The notes under the pieces: model-generated
What the model was told of the DNA's origin: nothing
The model's input: only the letters and a program-made list of their open reading frames with translations
Database searches by the model: none
Part shown: in pieces, positions 46,066 to 55,766 of the stretch
How positions within the stretch are numbered: the first letter of the stretch is position 1
Layout: the number at the start of each line of letters is the position of its first letter
Assembly: GCA_964607285.1 (NCBI GenBank)
Contig: CAZSJW010000005.1
Span: forward strand, 9,349-73,348
DNA from: an uncultured Pseudomonadales bacterium
Lineage (GTDB): Bacteria > Patescibacteriota > Microgenomatia > UBA1400 > PJMF01
Length of the DNA: 64,000 bases
Direction: 5' to 3'
Program-made: the position numbers and the translations under genes

Positions 46066-47082
46066 TTACTGCTGTAACACTGTCTGCCCATTCGTCTCCA
46101 ACCTGATAGGGATTTCTCGAAACTGCATAGTGGCATCAGGCAGTATCAGCATCTCGACTAGCCAACCAGCTCGCACTGCTGGCTCAAAATACTGATCAAA
46201 CACAAAGTTGCCAAGCGAGTAGTAAATCCGTTTTCCACGGTAGTCCTCCACTGACTGTATGACATGCGGATGTGCGCCAATAATTACATGCGCGCCCGCA
46301 TCAATCAATTGGTGGGCTTGCTGCTGGATTACTGTGTTTGGTTCGGGTGTATACTCTTCCCCCCAATGCGGCATAACAATCACGACATCAGCACTTTTAG
46401 TGGCTTCCTTCGTGTCAACCAGTGCTGACTCAAATCCTCTGCTTGTGAACTGATTGAGATTAACAAATGCTACTGTGAGTTGGCCAAACTCCTGATAGTG
46501 AGTTCGCTCTGCAGGCACTAGTTCTTGGCCAGTATTGCCAAAAAAAGCTACGCCACCTGCTTGGAGCAACTGTTTTGTCTCCGCAATACCCTCCACGCTA
46601 AAGTTAGTGATGTGATTATTGCCAAGATTCACAATGGATAGGTTATTCGCCAAAAGCATAGGAACAATCTCTGGCTGAAACGTGAAGAAAAAGTTATTAG
46701 TGGATCCAGGTTCAGAACCAACACTTCGGGACTTGGAGGAAGTAATTGGACCTTCCAAGTTAGCTATTACCGCATCATAGCTACTTAACAAAGGTGTTAG
46801 TTGTTCAAGCGGATGGTCTACCCCAAACTCCTGCATACGCAACCGAATATTGCGGTCAAACATCAGATCCCCGCCGAACAACAAACGCACAGGCTGTGTA
46901 GTCGGTGATGGCTCAGGCTCAACCAGTTGTTCTTCTGAAATCGGCACAGCCACAGCTGAAACAGATTCTCCGTCTGCCTGACCACGTAACTGCGTGAGAA
47001 ATACCAGTCCTACAGAAACTACACTGAGTACTATGACAACCACAAACAAAATCCGTGAACCATACCCCATATCTTTCTCCAA
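46066..47082 (-). CDS. capA: CapA-family metallophosphoesterase (poly-gamma-glutamate/capsule biosynthesis-like)
   Basis: An N-terminal TM segment and the calcineurin-like phosphoesterase blocks LLFGGDLMFDR, NLEGPIT, VNLGNNH, VIVMPHWGEEY and GAHPH. Confidence 0.8.
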   Translation of the reverse strand: MEKDMGYGSRILFVVVIVLSVVSVGLVFLTQLRGQADGESVSAVAVPISEEQLVEPEPSPTTQPVRLLFGGDLMFDRNIRLRMQEFGVDHPLEQLTPLLSSYDAVIANLEGPITSSKSRSVGSEPGSTNNFFFTFQPEIVPMLLANNLSIVNLGNNHITNFSVEGIAETKQLLQAGGVAFFGNTGQELVPAERTHYQEFGQLTVAFVNLNQFTSRGFESALVDTKEATKSADVVIVMPHWGEEYTPEPNTVIQQQAHQLIDAGAHVIIGAHPHVIQSVEDYRGKRIYYSLGNFVFDQYFEPAVRAGWLVEMLILPDATMQFREIPIRLETNGQTVLQQ

Positions 47083-47090
47083 GCACTAGC

Positions 47091-47942
47091 CTATTGTAGC
47101 AAATAAGCAATGAGTGGATCGCCTTCACGCAACACAACAATGTTTTGGAAGCCAAACAACTCATGTGTTACAGGGCGATACGGACCAAGTGGAAACAAAC
47201 CATTTGGTAATAGCCTGAAAAAAACATACCCAGGTATGACCTCAATGAAGTCCTTCAAAAATGTACGGGTGTACACATTCATCTCATTAAACTCAAACTG
47301 GATCACTCTAATTTTTTGTTGCTTGAGCAGTCGCTTTGCACCCTGTAGCACCGCGAGCTCAAACCCTTCAGTATCTATTTTCAATACATCAATGTACTCA
47401 ATCTTCAATTGCTTAGTCAGTCTATCTAGCGTATCAACTTTCACTGAAAAACTTTGCGCTGTTTGACCATGCAGTTCCTCAATAACCTCTTTGCTGAGTG
47501 ATGATAACGTAGAGGTTGGCTGCAAGTGTTTTTTATCAGCATCAGCTGCAAAATCCCAAAGTTGCATCGTGCCTGCTCGCACTCCAATTGCTAACTCATG
47601 CACCTGAACCTGCTTGAAGCCATTTTTTTTCACAATAGCTCTCAGTTTGCGAGCTGTTTTTGGATGTGGTTCTATGGCGTAAATCTTTGCGTTCGGTAGT
47701 TCGACTACACCAAATACGTCTGTATTGGCCCCAACATCTACGACAGTGCGTACCTGTCCACTTGCTGCTAACTGACGAATAAACCAAGCTTCACCCGTTG
47801 CCACTGGGCCTTCAGAGTTAAGCACACCAAGCCCGCGCAACACAAGTTTAAATACGTGAGTATTCCATACATGCAGCCACGAACGAGCTGTGATCCATCG
47901 ATACCAAGAAACCAAAAAATACATGTTTTCCTTGGTATGCAT
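47091..47942 (-). CDS. FkbM-family methyltransferase
   Basis: VVDVGANTDVFGV (SAM glycine-rich motif) and the C-terminal block IDVLKIDTEGFELAVLQGAKRLL...IQFEF typical of Methyltransf_21/FkbM. Confidence 0.75.
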   Translation of the reverse strand: MHTKENMYFLVSWYRWITARSWLHVWNTHVFKLVLRGLGVLNSEGPVATGEAWFIRQLAASGQVRTVVDVGANTDVFGVVELPNAKIYAIEPHPKTARKLRAIVKKNGFKQVQVHELAIGVRAGTMQLWDFAADADKKHLQPTSTLSSLSKEVIEELHGQTAQSFSVKVDTLDRLTKQLKIEYIDVLKIDTEGFELAVLQGAKRLLKQQKIRVIQFEFNEMNVYTRTFLKDFIEVIPGYVFFRLLPNGLFPLGPYRPVTHELFGFQNIVVLREGDPLIAYLLQ

Positions 47943-48039
47943 TGTACTGTGGTTTCTGTAAATTTCTACTCATGCTTGCTAAGCTTTGTCAGCACGGTAT
48001 ACTCAAGGTGTATCACATGTATCTTCCTACAAGGACCTT

Positions 48040-49335
48040 ATGCCAACTATTTCCAAAATAATCGGTCGAGAAATCTATGACTCGCGTGGCGGGCCAACTG
48101 TTGAAGTTGACCTAACCCTCAGTGATGGTTCTTTCGGTCGGGCTTCCGTACCTTCGGGTGCTTCCACAGGTGCCTATGAAGCAGTTGAACTGCGTGATGG
48201 AGATACAGGTAGACTAGAAGGAAAAGGTGTTCGTACAGCCGTAGAAAATGTAAGTGTTACGCTGCAAAGCAAACTAGTGGGCACTGAAGCCGAGCAGTCA
48301 GTAGTAGACGCCCAAATGATCGAACTGGATGGCACCCCAAACAAGGGCAAACTTGGTGCGAATGCAATTCTTGGCGTTTCAATGGCACTCAGCAAAGCAG
48401 TGGCGCAATCTCGCAAACAACCACTGTGGGAGTACTTTAGCAGTCTTTCCCAGACTGCACCAAAGCAGTGGACTATGCCCGTACCCATGATGAACTTGAT
48501 GAACGGCGGGAGACACGCCACCAAATCTGCTGACTTCCAAGAGTTTATGATTATGCCTGTAGGTGGTACTAGCTTTGCTCACGGATTGGAAATGGGTGCT
48601 ACTGTTTTCATGAAACTTAAAAAAATCCTCCATGAGGCTGGCCATGCAACAACGGTAGGAGATGAGGGTGGATTTGCACCCAGCCTGGGTACAAACCAAG
48701 CAGTGCTCGATATTCTAGTACAAGCTGTCGAGCAATCAGGGTACACACTAGGAACTGACATTGTGTTTGCACTCGATGTAGCAGCCAGTGAGCTTTATAA
48801 AGATGGTAAGTATGAACTAGCTAGCGAACACCGTACACTCAGTGCTGTTGAGCTGATTGATGTCTATGCTGATTGGATAAAGAGATACCCAATAGTTTCC
48901 ATTGAAGATGGACTAGACCAAGATGCATGGAGTGATTATCAGGTATTGACCGAACGCTTAGGGAACACCACCCAAATCATGGGTGATGACTTCTTTGTGA
49001 CAAACGTAGAGCGTCTGCAGCGTGGTATTACTGAAAAATCTGCCAACTCTATTCTCATAAAACTAAACCAGATTGGTACCGTCACAGAGACTGTGGCGAC
49101 AATTGACCTTGCACGCCAAAATGGCTTTACCGCGATTGTCTCTCACCGTAGTGGAGAAACTGAGGATACGACAATTGCAGATTTTGTGGTTGGACTTGGA
49201 ACAGGACAGATAAAGACTGGCTCGCTATCTCGGTCGGAGCGGATGGCTAAGTACAACCAACTTCTACGCATTGAAGAAACCCTGGGTTCTTCTGCAGTAT
49301 ATCTCGGTATGGAGACTTTCCACTCCCGAAAATAA
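48040..49335 (+). CDS. eno: enolase (phosphopyruvate hydratase)
   Basis: IIGREIYDSRGGPTVEVDL N-terminus and SHRSGETEDTTIADF (active-site loop). The tracked ORF begins at 47986. The likely start is the Met at 48040 (MPTISKIIGREI). Stop is TAA at 49333-35. Confidence 0.9.
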   Translation: MPTISKIIGREIYDSRGGPTVEVDLTLSDGSFGRASVPSGASTGAYEAVELRDGDTGRLEGKGVRTAVENVSVTLQSKLVGTEAEQSVVDAQMIELDGTPNKGKLGANAILGVSMALSKAVAQSRKQPLWEYFSSLSQTAPKQWTMPVPMMNLMNGGRHATKSADFQEFMIMPVGGTSFAHGLEMGATVFMKLKKILHEAGHATTVGDEGGFAPSLGTNQAVLDILVQAVEQSGYTLGTDIVFALDVAASELYKDGKYELASEHRTLSAVELIDVYADWIKRYPIVSIEDGLDQDAWSDYQVLTERLGNTTQIMGDDFFVTNVERLQRGITEKSANSILIKLNQIGTVTETVATIDLARQNGFTAIVSHRSGETEDTTIADFVVGLGTGQIKTGSLSRSERMAKYNQLLRIEETLGSSAVYLGMETFHSRK

Positions 49336-49336
49336 C

Positions 49337-49353
49337 AAGACAGTTACTGTCTT
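49337..49353. terminator. short perfect hairpin (AAGACAG-TTA-CTGTCTT) between convergent genes, overlapping the stop codon of the minus-strand gene
   Basis: A 7-bp inverted repeat 2 nt after the eno stop. The stop of the 1104-aa minus-strand gene lies within its 3' arm. Confidence 0.4.
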
Positions 49354-52300
49354 ACCTGCCTTGCTGTTTGGGCGGCTTCGGTTTGTCCCGCTTATCTGCT
49401 GCCTCCCTGATTCTGTCCGCTGCACGCTTTTCATCTTGCCGTTGTTTAAGCTGCCTCTCAACTGCATCCTGACGTTCTTTTCTATCTGCTTCAGCTACAG
49501 CTCTATCCGCTGCCTCTTTCCGCTTTTTCTGCTCGTCTAGTTCCCGTTGTTTTTCTCTCTGTTTTTCCTCCAAAGCCTCACGTACCTTTTGCTTTTTTCT
49601 TTCCTCTAGATCTATAGCATCCTGACGTTCCTTTGCTTTGCGCCTCTCTTCCGCAGCCTCTGCTTCACGCCTGGCTTGTTCACGTGCTTCTGCTGCTACA
49701 ACTATTGCAATGGCTTCTTCTGCTGCCCGTCTAGCTTGGTTTGCCAAACTCTCTGCAGATGCCGCCTTGGTGATGACACTCTCTACGAAACTGACTGCAG
49801 CTCCTCGATTAGGCATCGGCGGCAATGCATCTGTCGCTGCATTCATGTATGAATTTCCTGCTCCTTTTGCCCTATGGTCGTTGACTTTATTTTCTGCTTC
49901 TCTAATTGCCGATCTTGCCGAACCTATGGCACTATCAGCTCTATCTAATAACTGCTCATACTCTCTTTTATCCTCAGCAAGATACTCCAACACTTGGCGC
50001 ACTTGCTGTCTTTCTAATCTTTCGTACGCATCAATCGTGTTCTGTAGCTCAGATGCAAGCTGCCTATCTTCAAAACGATTCAGCCGCTGCTCTGAGTTTT
50101 GGAGCTCTGTGAGCTGTCCTTTCATTCGCCTATCTGCCTCCATTGTCCGTATAGAAACAATGGCATCCTCTTCTGCTGCAACTTCTCTTGAAGTATTCTG
50201 AACTATTCTTACAGCATCTGATTTAGCAGCTTCTAACTCCGAGTACAACGATTTTATTTCAGAAATCTGCTGATTTTTCTCTTGCTTTGCTACTATGGCA
50301 ATTCGACTTGCCTCGTTGGCTAAGGAGTTTGCTGTAATAAATATTTTGCTTACGCCTTTTTCTCTCGCCTCTGTAAGTAGCCTTCTAGCTTCATCCAGTT
50401 GTGCATCTACTTCAGGACCAACCATCCTATTTAGGAACGGATCAGATCCAGCAAGTGTTGCAGATGAAACATCTCGTTCTGCAGAGCTAATAGCAGATGC
50501 GTATCCATCACGTGCTGACTCGACAAGCTTATGGTGACTTTGTAGTTGGTCCATCAGTGACTCTGCTGTAACGAAAGATCGCTCCATCTTCTTTATTGTT
50601 GCTTCAGCTGTAGTAAATGCTTGCTGCTCCATTGAATTTTCTCTACCTGCTTGGCTGGCAAGATCGTTCTCGGATGCAGGATCGTCAAACACTTCTTGCA
50701 GCAGTTTACTGGCATTTGCGAAATGAGATTCAAATCCCCTATAGTTCTCAGTATGGTAGTTCATTTCTAAATCGCTCCACAGTGCCGCAATTGTTGTGGA
50801 ATGAAGCGATTGCGCCAGAGATACACTCGAGCTTAATCTTTGCAATGCAGCTTCATTTCGCTGCCTGAGCTCTCTAATCGTCTGCATTTCCTGAACACAA
50901 GCATCTGCAGTATCCTTGATGATATTGACTGACTCTAGTGCTGTATCCCACTGTCCACTTCTACCGAGCTGCACTGCCTGATTGATGTAGCGTGCAACAG
51001 CCTCTTTAGTTTCCGCAATGTGAGACTCACTAAACCCTTGGCCTGTAAACTCAAGTAGTGCAGTAAACTTTGCATCACGGTACTGTAGAGCACGTTCTAA
51101 CTCTCTGCAGTACTTTTCAGTTGTCTCCAGCTGCTCTGAAGCTCTATCTATCAAAGCACTTACTTCTGAGCTTGGAGCGTGCTGCCTGAGTGCATCTGAT
51201 ATTTCCTCAAGTTGCTTCAGCACAGGTGAAAGAAACGCGGCAGGCTCACTGATGTCCTCAGACCAGTCTTGAAACCTTTGGGGTTGTTCTGTTTGTGCAG
51301 CTTGTGCAGCAGTAATCAGGTTGGGAAACTTGGTAAATATACTCTTTTCTTCTTCAAGTTGCTGGATTATTTTTGCGAGTAAATCACTGCCAAGCAGCAA
51401 TTTTTTATTTTCAGTGCCAAAACATTCTGATGCTTCTTTCAGTTTTTGATAAATGTCTGAGAGCAATTCATCTGCAGGGCCAATATACTCTGGGTGCTTT
51501 GTATGTAACCTGCTTACCCAATCCGTTGTAGTTGCTACCATAGATTTTACCAAGTCAAAACGCGCATTTGCTTGATCAATCTGATCCTTAATCACATTAA
51601 ACTGGCCGATGGTTTTTTCAATCTCATCCAGAATATTTTGCAGGAAATTATAGAGATCTGTCTGCTCAATGCGAACTGCATCAATCGCAGCTCGTTTGCT
51701 AAAGTAGCCTACTTTAGTCGTTTCAATATAGCTGTACGCTTTATTGATAATACTGACAATACTCAAGAAGTTTGTATACCTATTTTGTACAGAAACTGCT
51801 TCCTTAGGATAGCTTTCCGTATATATTTCCTGTAGTAACCTGTATGCCTTAGAAGGCGTATCCCACTCCATGTGTTTTACAAATTTTTCATAAAGTGGTG
51901 CAATTTTTTTATTTAGTTCAGAAATTTGAGCAAAGACGGCCCTTCTGCGGGTAAACTCAGCTTTCCCATACAGTGCCATTGTAACTAGTCCAATAATTCC
52001 CAAAGCTCCCCCCACCCACGACACTACTTTCTCTGGTCGTACGCCTGTTTCAGGAACACCCACAGAAGTCTCTAGCTCAGCCTCCGATTCTTGCTCAGCC
52101 ATGCTCGCTTGTATTTCTTCTGCAAAATACTCCAGCGCAAACCTGACAGCAGCTTGGTTGTTTTCCACACTACCCCTGCCTGCTTGACCATCGATCATCC
52201 GCTCTGCCAAATCCAGCTCGTGCTGTTCTAAGGCCGACCCCCAAGTATTACCAGCATCACAGGCAACACCAGTCACGTTCCCCTGATCAAAAGCAATAAG

Positions 52301-52666
52301 ACAGGCAACTACGTCTGGTTTAATATCACCACTGCTGTCTGTAAAACCAGTATCAATAAGTTCTTTTGTAAGAGCAGCTTCTGCTGACAGAATTTGTCCT
52401 ACATCAGACCTGCTGACTCCGTCTGTAGTGAATACTACAACCTGCACACCAAGATCAGTTAGTTTTTCGATCGGTACTTTGAGTTTAGAGAAAAAATCAC
52501 TACCTAAAGTTCTTGCATCATCAATCAAGTAAAACTCTCCACCTGGTCTCTGCTGCTCCTGCCCACCCCGCTGAGCAATCATCTGGTTTTCAGATTCGCG
52601 TGAACCAAAGAACTCTGTTGCTGGAAGGTTGTCCATAAAACCAAAATAATCTTCAGATGAGTGCAT
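49352..52666 (-). CDS. giant coiled-coil protein with an N-terminal TPM-like domain, one TM helix and a K/E/R-rich C-terminal tail
   Basis: An 1104-aa protein. The N-terminal ~180 aa (GVQVVVFTTDGVSRSDVGQILSAEAAL...DVVACLIAFDQGNVTGVACDAGNTWGSALEQ) fit the TPM (TLP18.3/Psb32/MOLO-1) pattern as I recall it, followed by a TM segment (VVSWVGGALGIIGLVTMALYG). About 800 aa of heptad-like helical sequence follow, ending in ~100 aa of REQARREAEAAEERRKAKERQD... charge repeats. Confidence 0.6.
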   Translation of the reverse strand: MHSSEDYFGFMDNLPATEFFGSRESENQMIAQRGGQEQQRPGGEFYLIDDARTLGSDFFSKLKVPIEKLTDLGVQVVVFTTDGVSRSDVGQILSAEAALTKELIDTGFTDSSGDIKPDVVACLIAFDQGNVTGVACDAGNTWGSALEQHELDLAERMIDGQAGRGSVENNQAAVRFALEYFAEEIQASMAEQESEAELETSVGVPETGVRPEKVVSWVGGALGIIGLVTMALYGKAEFTRRRAVFAQISELNKKIAPLYEKFVKHMEWDTPSKAYRLLQEIYTESYPKEAVSVQNRYTNFLSIVSIINKAYSYIETTKVGYFSKRAAIDAVRIEQTDLYNFLQNILDEIEKTIGQFNVIKDQIDQANARFDLVKSMVATTTDWVSRLHTKHPEYIGPADELLSDIYQKLKEASECFGTENKKLLLGSDLLAKIIQQLEEEKSIFTKFPNLITAAQAAQTEQPQRFQDWSEDISEPAAFLSPVLKQLEEISDALRQHAPSSEVSALIDRASEQLETTEKYCRELERALQYRDAKFTALLEFTGQGFSESHIAETKEAVARYINQAVQLGRSGQWDTALESVNIIKDTADACVQEMQTIRELRQRNEAALQRLSSSVSLAQSLHSTTIAALWSDLEMNYHTENYRGFESHFANASKLLQEVFDDPASENDLASQAGRENSMEQQAFTTAEATIKKMERSFVTAESLMDQLQSHHKLVESARDGYASAISSAERDVSSATLAGSDPFLNRMVGPEVDAQLDEARRLLTEAREKGVSKIFITANSLANEASRIAIVAKQEKNQQISEIKSLYSELEAAKSDAVRIVQNTSREVAAEEDAIVSIRTMEADRRMKGQLTELQNSEQRLNRFEDRQLASELQNTIDAYERLERQQVRQVLEYLAEDKREYEQLLDRADSAIGSARSAIREAENKVNDHRAKGAGNSYMNAATDALPPMPNRGAAVSFVESVITKAASAESLANQARRAAEEAIAIVVAAEAREQARREAEAAEERRKAKERQDAIDLEERKKQKVREALEEKQREKQRELDEQKKRKEAADRAVAEADRKERQDAVERQLKQRQDEKRAADRIREAADKRDKPKPPKQQGR

Positions 52667-52853
52667 GAGTTTTTCCTATTCAAACAATACGTACTACTCT
52701 GTATGAATGTAGTGCTGCATATATCATACCAAAATTCACACTACAAAACGATAGAAATAGGATGAAATATAGGCTGATCGGGGACAATGCTGTACAACAA
52801 GCTACTAGTTCTAGTATAGTTGATCTCAACATTCCTAAACACCTCATGCATCT

Positions 52854-54989
52854 ATGGTTTCCGAAGATACTTCATTCATAAACAATCAATCAGATGCAGC
52901 ATATGAAATACATGTGCATGGCAGGCCTGCTGCTTTCTTAGATCAAGCAAACAATTCAGTACAACACCTGCTTGAAAAGGACTTTAAACGAAGAGAATTT
53001 TTAGTACAAGGTTTAGAGCGTTGGCTACAAAAAAAATATGGCAATGAAACGCTAAAGCTCAAACCAATTATGGAGCTGTTTGCAGAACTTCAAAACTACT
53101 ACAATAGTTACAAAGTACTTCTCTCCCCAGAAAGAATTGTACCTCAGCAGTACCAAGAGTTTCAAGGTTTTCAGACTGGTGTGACGATTCAATCACAAGG
53201 AAAATCAAGAAAAGAGAGGAATATAGGAAACGTTGAACTTAATGACCTTCACTTTAGAATCGGAGTCTTAGCAATTGAAATTGGTGAGGATGCCTCAAAC
53301 AATATTAAACTTGCTAACTGTCAAGTTGATCATACCGTATGGCGATTGTATAACTTACTATACCCTGACAAACTCTATGCTGAACTTGCGTCCCGAGATA
53401 CGTCTGGTACCAATACAAGTCTTGAGTTAGCCAGACGGTTCTCTCGTGCTGTCTTTCCTCGAGAATTTATTGCTATGCTCAATGCAATTGAACTCGGCAA
53501 TCATGACTTTACCGTTCATGCACTCTTTGATGACAATCCAAATATTTCATCATCTGCTGGAGATATCAAAAAAGACTACAATTTGAGCGAAATTCCAATC
53601 ACTGCAGTTATCAACCAGATTGATGGTAAAGCTATCTCTCAGCCACCACTTTCTACAAAACCAGACTCCGATGGCACATTCAGCACGATGAACATCTATG
53701 AAGTCCTTGCATTCCATCTCCATGCCATGGCATGGAAAGAGGTTTTTTCCAAACAGCCCGAAGGTCCAAAGATAAAAAAAGCACTACTTAACCAAATCAA
53801 ATCTCTTCATTATTCGTTGTATGGCAACGAGTCAAACCAGCAATCAGTCTTACAGCGAGCCTTATCTACACCCGCAATTCAAAACGAGTTTACACCCAAA
53901 CAAACTCAAGACGCTGTGGGATACGTACAGAAAGTACAACTTAACTTCCTGTTTAACATACTTGATCCTCAGGACCCTGAAGTGGCACGAACGCTTGCGG
54001 AACTCGGTATTCATCACACCGTAAGTGACAAGCAAAGAATTTTACATCACGAAAATCTACTTGATGAACTGAAACTTGATGTCTCTAAACTACTTATTGA
54101 TTTTCATGATCGACTCAAAGAGGCCAAGCCTGAACATGCTAAGAAGAAGCTAGTTAAGCAGGCTGAGAAGCTATTGGCTGAATTAGGGAGCGACAAACTG
54201 ACGATCAGTAAACAACTAGATGAAATGCTACCAACTATTGAAAAACTACTACAAGAATCTTTTTCTATTACAGATAGAAAATTACTTGCCCACATTTTCT
54301 TTGCTACAGATCAGTCAGAAAAAGCTCTGAAACTTCTGATAGATACTAGTTTTAACACCGTTGATTTTGGAGCTCCAATCGCTGTGCAAGTTAACCGATG
54401 CCTGAATATACTCGTGGAATCTAGCCAAAATCTGCCTGTCGATGTACTTGATTTTGCAAAACGAATTGCTGTAAGAATCAAGCAACTGCCTACTGAAAAT
54501 AAACCCACCATTGAGGAAGTTGATAGTATCGTCTCGAAAATTACACTAAGATTAGGCATGTTATCACTCGACGGTGAGATACTACCTATCACGAACTCAT
54601 TACTTGAGTCGCTCGATCTTACTGAAATACAGAAGCTACGCACTATTCTCTCTACCATGGAGTGGTATGCCAAATCAGTTGAACCCAGCCAAGTCTGCTC
54701 AATACTGGCAGATGTAACAAAACGGTACTCAGAACTTAACCACCCTGACTTTTTACTAGACACAGATCCAGAAGGAGATCCAGATAATCATCGTGAAGCA
54801 AGACTTTTTATGAATATTGCCGAACATTACTTTGACATTGGCCAGTTTGCTGAAGCCAAACAAGTTGCAGATTTTGCCTTACGTGCAGTCAATCCAGCGG
54901 TAAAAATTCAAGGCGTGTCTTTTTCTCACCTGATAGCGAAGCTCAACAGGATATCAGCTGAGAGCGAGCAGCGACAGGAAACAAATTAA
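52854..54989 (+). CDS. large hypothetical protein (711 aa), no recognisable domain
   Basis: Long ORF transcribed divergently from the TPM coiled-coil gene. Helical and Leu/Lys/Glu-rich. Confidence 0.6.
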   Translation: MVSEDTSFINNQSDAAYEIHVHGRPAAFLDQANNSVQHLLEKDFKRREFLVQGLERWLQKKYGNETLKLKPIMELFAELQNYYNSYKVLLSPERIVPQQYQEFQGFQTGVTIQSQGKSRKERNIGNVELNDLHFRIGVLAIEIGEDASNNIKLANCQVDHTVWRLYNLLYPDKLYAELASRDTSGTNTSLELARRFSRAVFPREFIAMLNAIELGNHDFTVHALFDDNPNISSSAGDIKKDYNLSEIPITAVINQIDGKAISQPPLSTKPDSDGTFSTMNIYEVLAFHLHAMAWKEVFSKQPEGPKIKKALLNQIKSLHYSLYGNESNQQSVLQRALSTPAIQNEFTPKQTQDAVGYVQKVQLNFLFNILDPQDPEVARTLAELGIHHTVSDKQRILHHENLLDELKLDVSKLLIDFHDRLKEAKPEHAKKKLVKQAEKLLAELGSDKLTISKQLDEMLPTIEKLLQESFSITDRKLLAHIFFATDQSEKALKLLIDTSFNTVDFGAPIAVQVNRCLNILVESSQNLPVDVLDFAKRIAVRIKQLPTENKPTIEEVDSIVSKITLRLGMLSLDGEILPITNSLLESLDLTEIQKLRTILSTMEWYAKSVEPSQVCSILADVTKRYSELNHPDFLLDTDPEGDPDNHREARLFMNIAEHYFDIGQFAEAKQVADFALRAVNPAVKIQGVSFSHLIAKLNRISAESEQRQETN

Positions 54990-55001
54990 ATCTCGCAGTG
55001 G

Positions 55002-55565
55002 TTACTTCAGAGATACATTACTTATGTTTCCAAGTAGTAATTTTGCAACACTTGCAACTGCTTGCTGGATGTTTCGGATCTTGTCAAAAGAATACACATC
55101 TGCACTTACTCTTTCTGACATTGCCAGTAACGTATTTGGATGTTCTAGTTCCATATGTGTGACAATATTTTCTGCTCGCCGCTCTACATCCGGAAACTCA
55201 TTTCTCATCTCATCCAGAGTACCTGCTGCTCTAGCTTCTGCTAAAAGCCACACACAGTTCGCGTCTCGAGTTTCGCCATAGGCGGTTCTAAAAAATGCTG
55301 CCACCTGTTCATACCCTACTGGTGCTACTTTACCCGCATCGATTGCCAGGGCTGCTTCCAAATTCATAACAGTTGAACCATTGATTAGTTCTTCAGCCGT
55401 AAGTCGCAAACCCTCGGGTTTTTCTGCATCATTAGAAATTTCTGATGTAGAACTAAATGGCTCTCGATCTGCCATGATGTCAACCACTTTTAAGCGATTT
55501 AATCGGTTATCGCGTTCTGGTGCGGCTGCACCAGCAGGAGCTTTCTCTCCTGGTCTATTTGTCAT
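55002..55565 (-). CDS. hypothetical protein (187 aa)
   Basis: ORF convergent with the 711-aa gene. Ala/Gly-rich N-terminus, no motif. Confidence 0.5.
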   Translation of the reverse strand: MTNRPGEKAPAGAAAPERDNRLNRLKVVDIMADREPFSSTSEISNDAEKPEGLRLTAEELINGSTVMNLEAALAIDAGKVAPVGYEQVAAFFRTAYGETRDANCVWLLAEARAAGTLDEMRNEFPDVERRAENIVTHMELEHPNTLLAMSERVSADVYSFDKIRNIQQAVASVAKLLLGNISNVSLK

Positions 55566-55766
55566 GTCGTTCAGTAACTCAAGAATTTTTTAAGTGGCTT
55601 GCCTGTCTGTCCCTTGAAGCGTGTGAACCCATCAATTCTCCAAGAGTGCTTTCACTTTGCATAGTTGTTTCCTTTTTTCATTGAGTACCTAAGCTCAATC
55701 GTACCATATTTTCACAGTAAGACCTAAAAGTAATCATCTCTGTCAGTTCATTTACTGTATTAGTAA

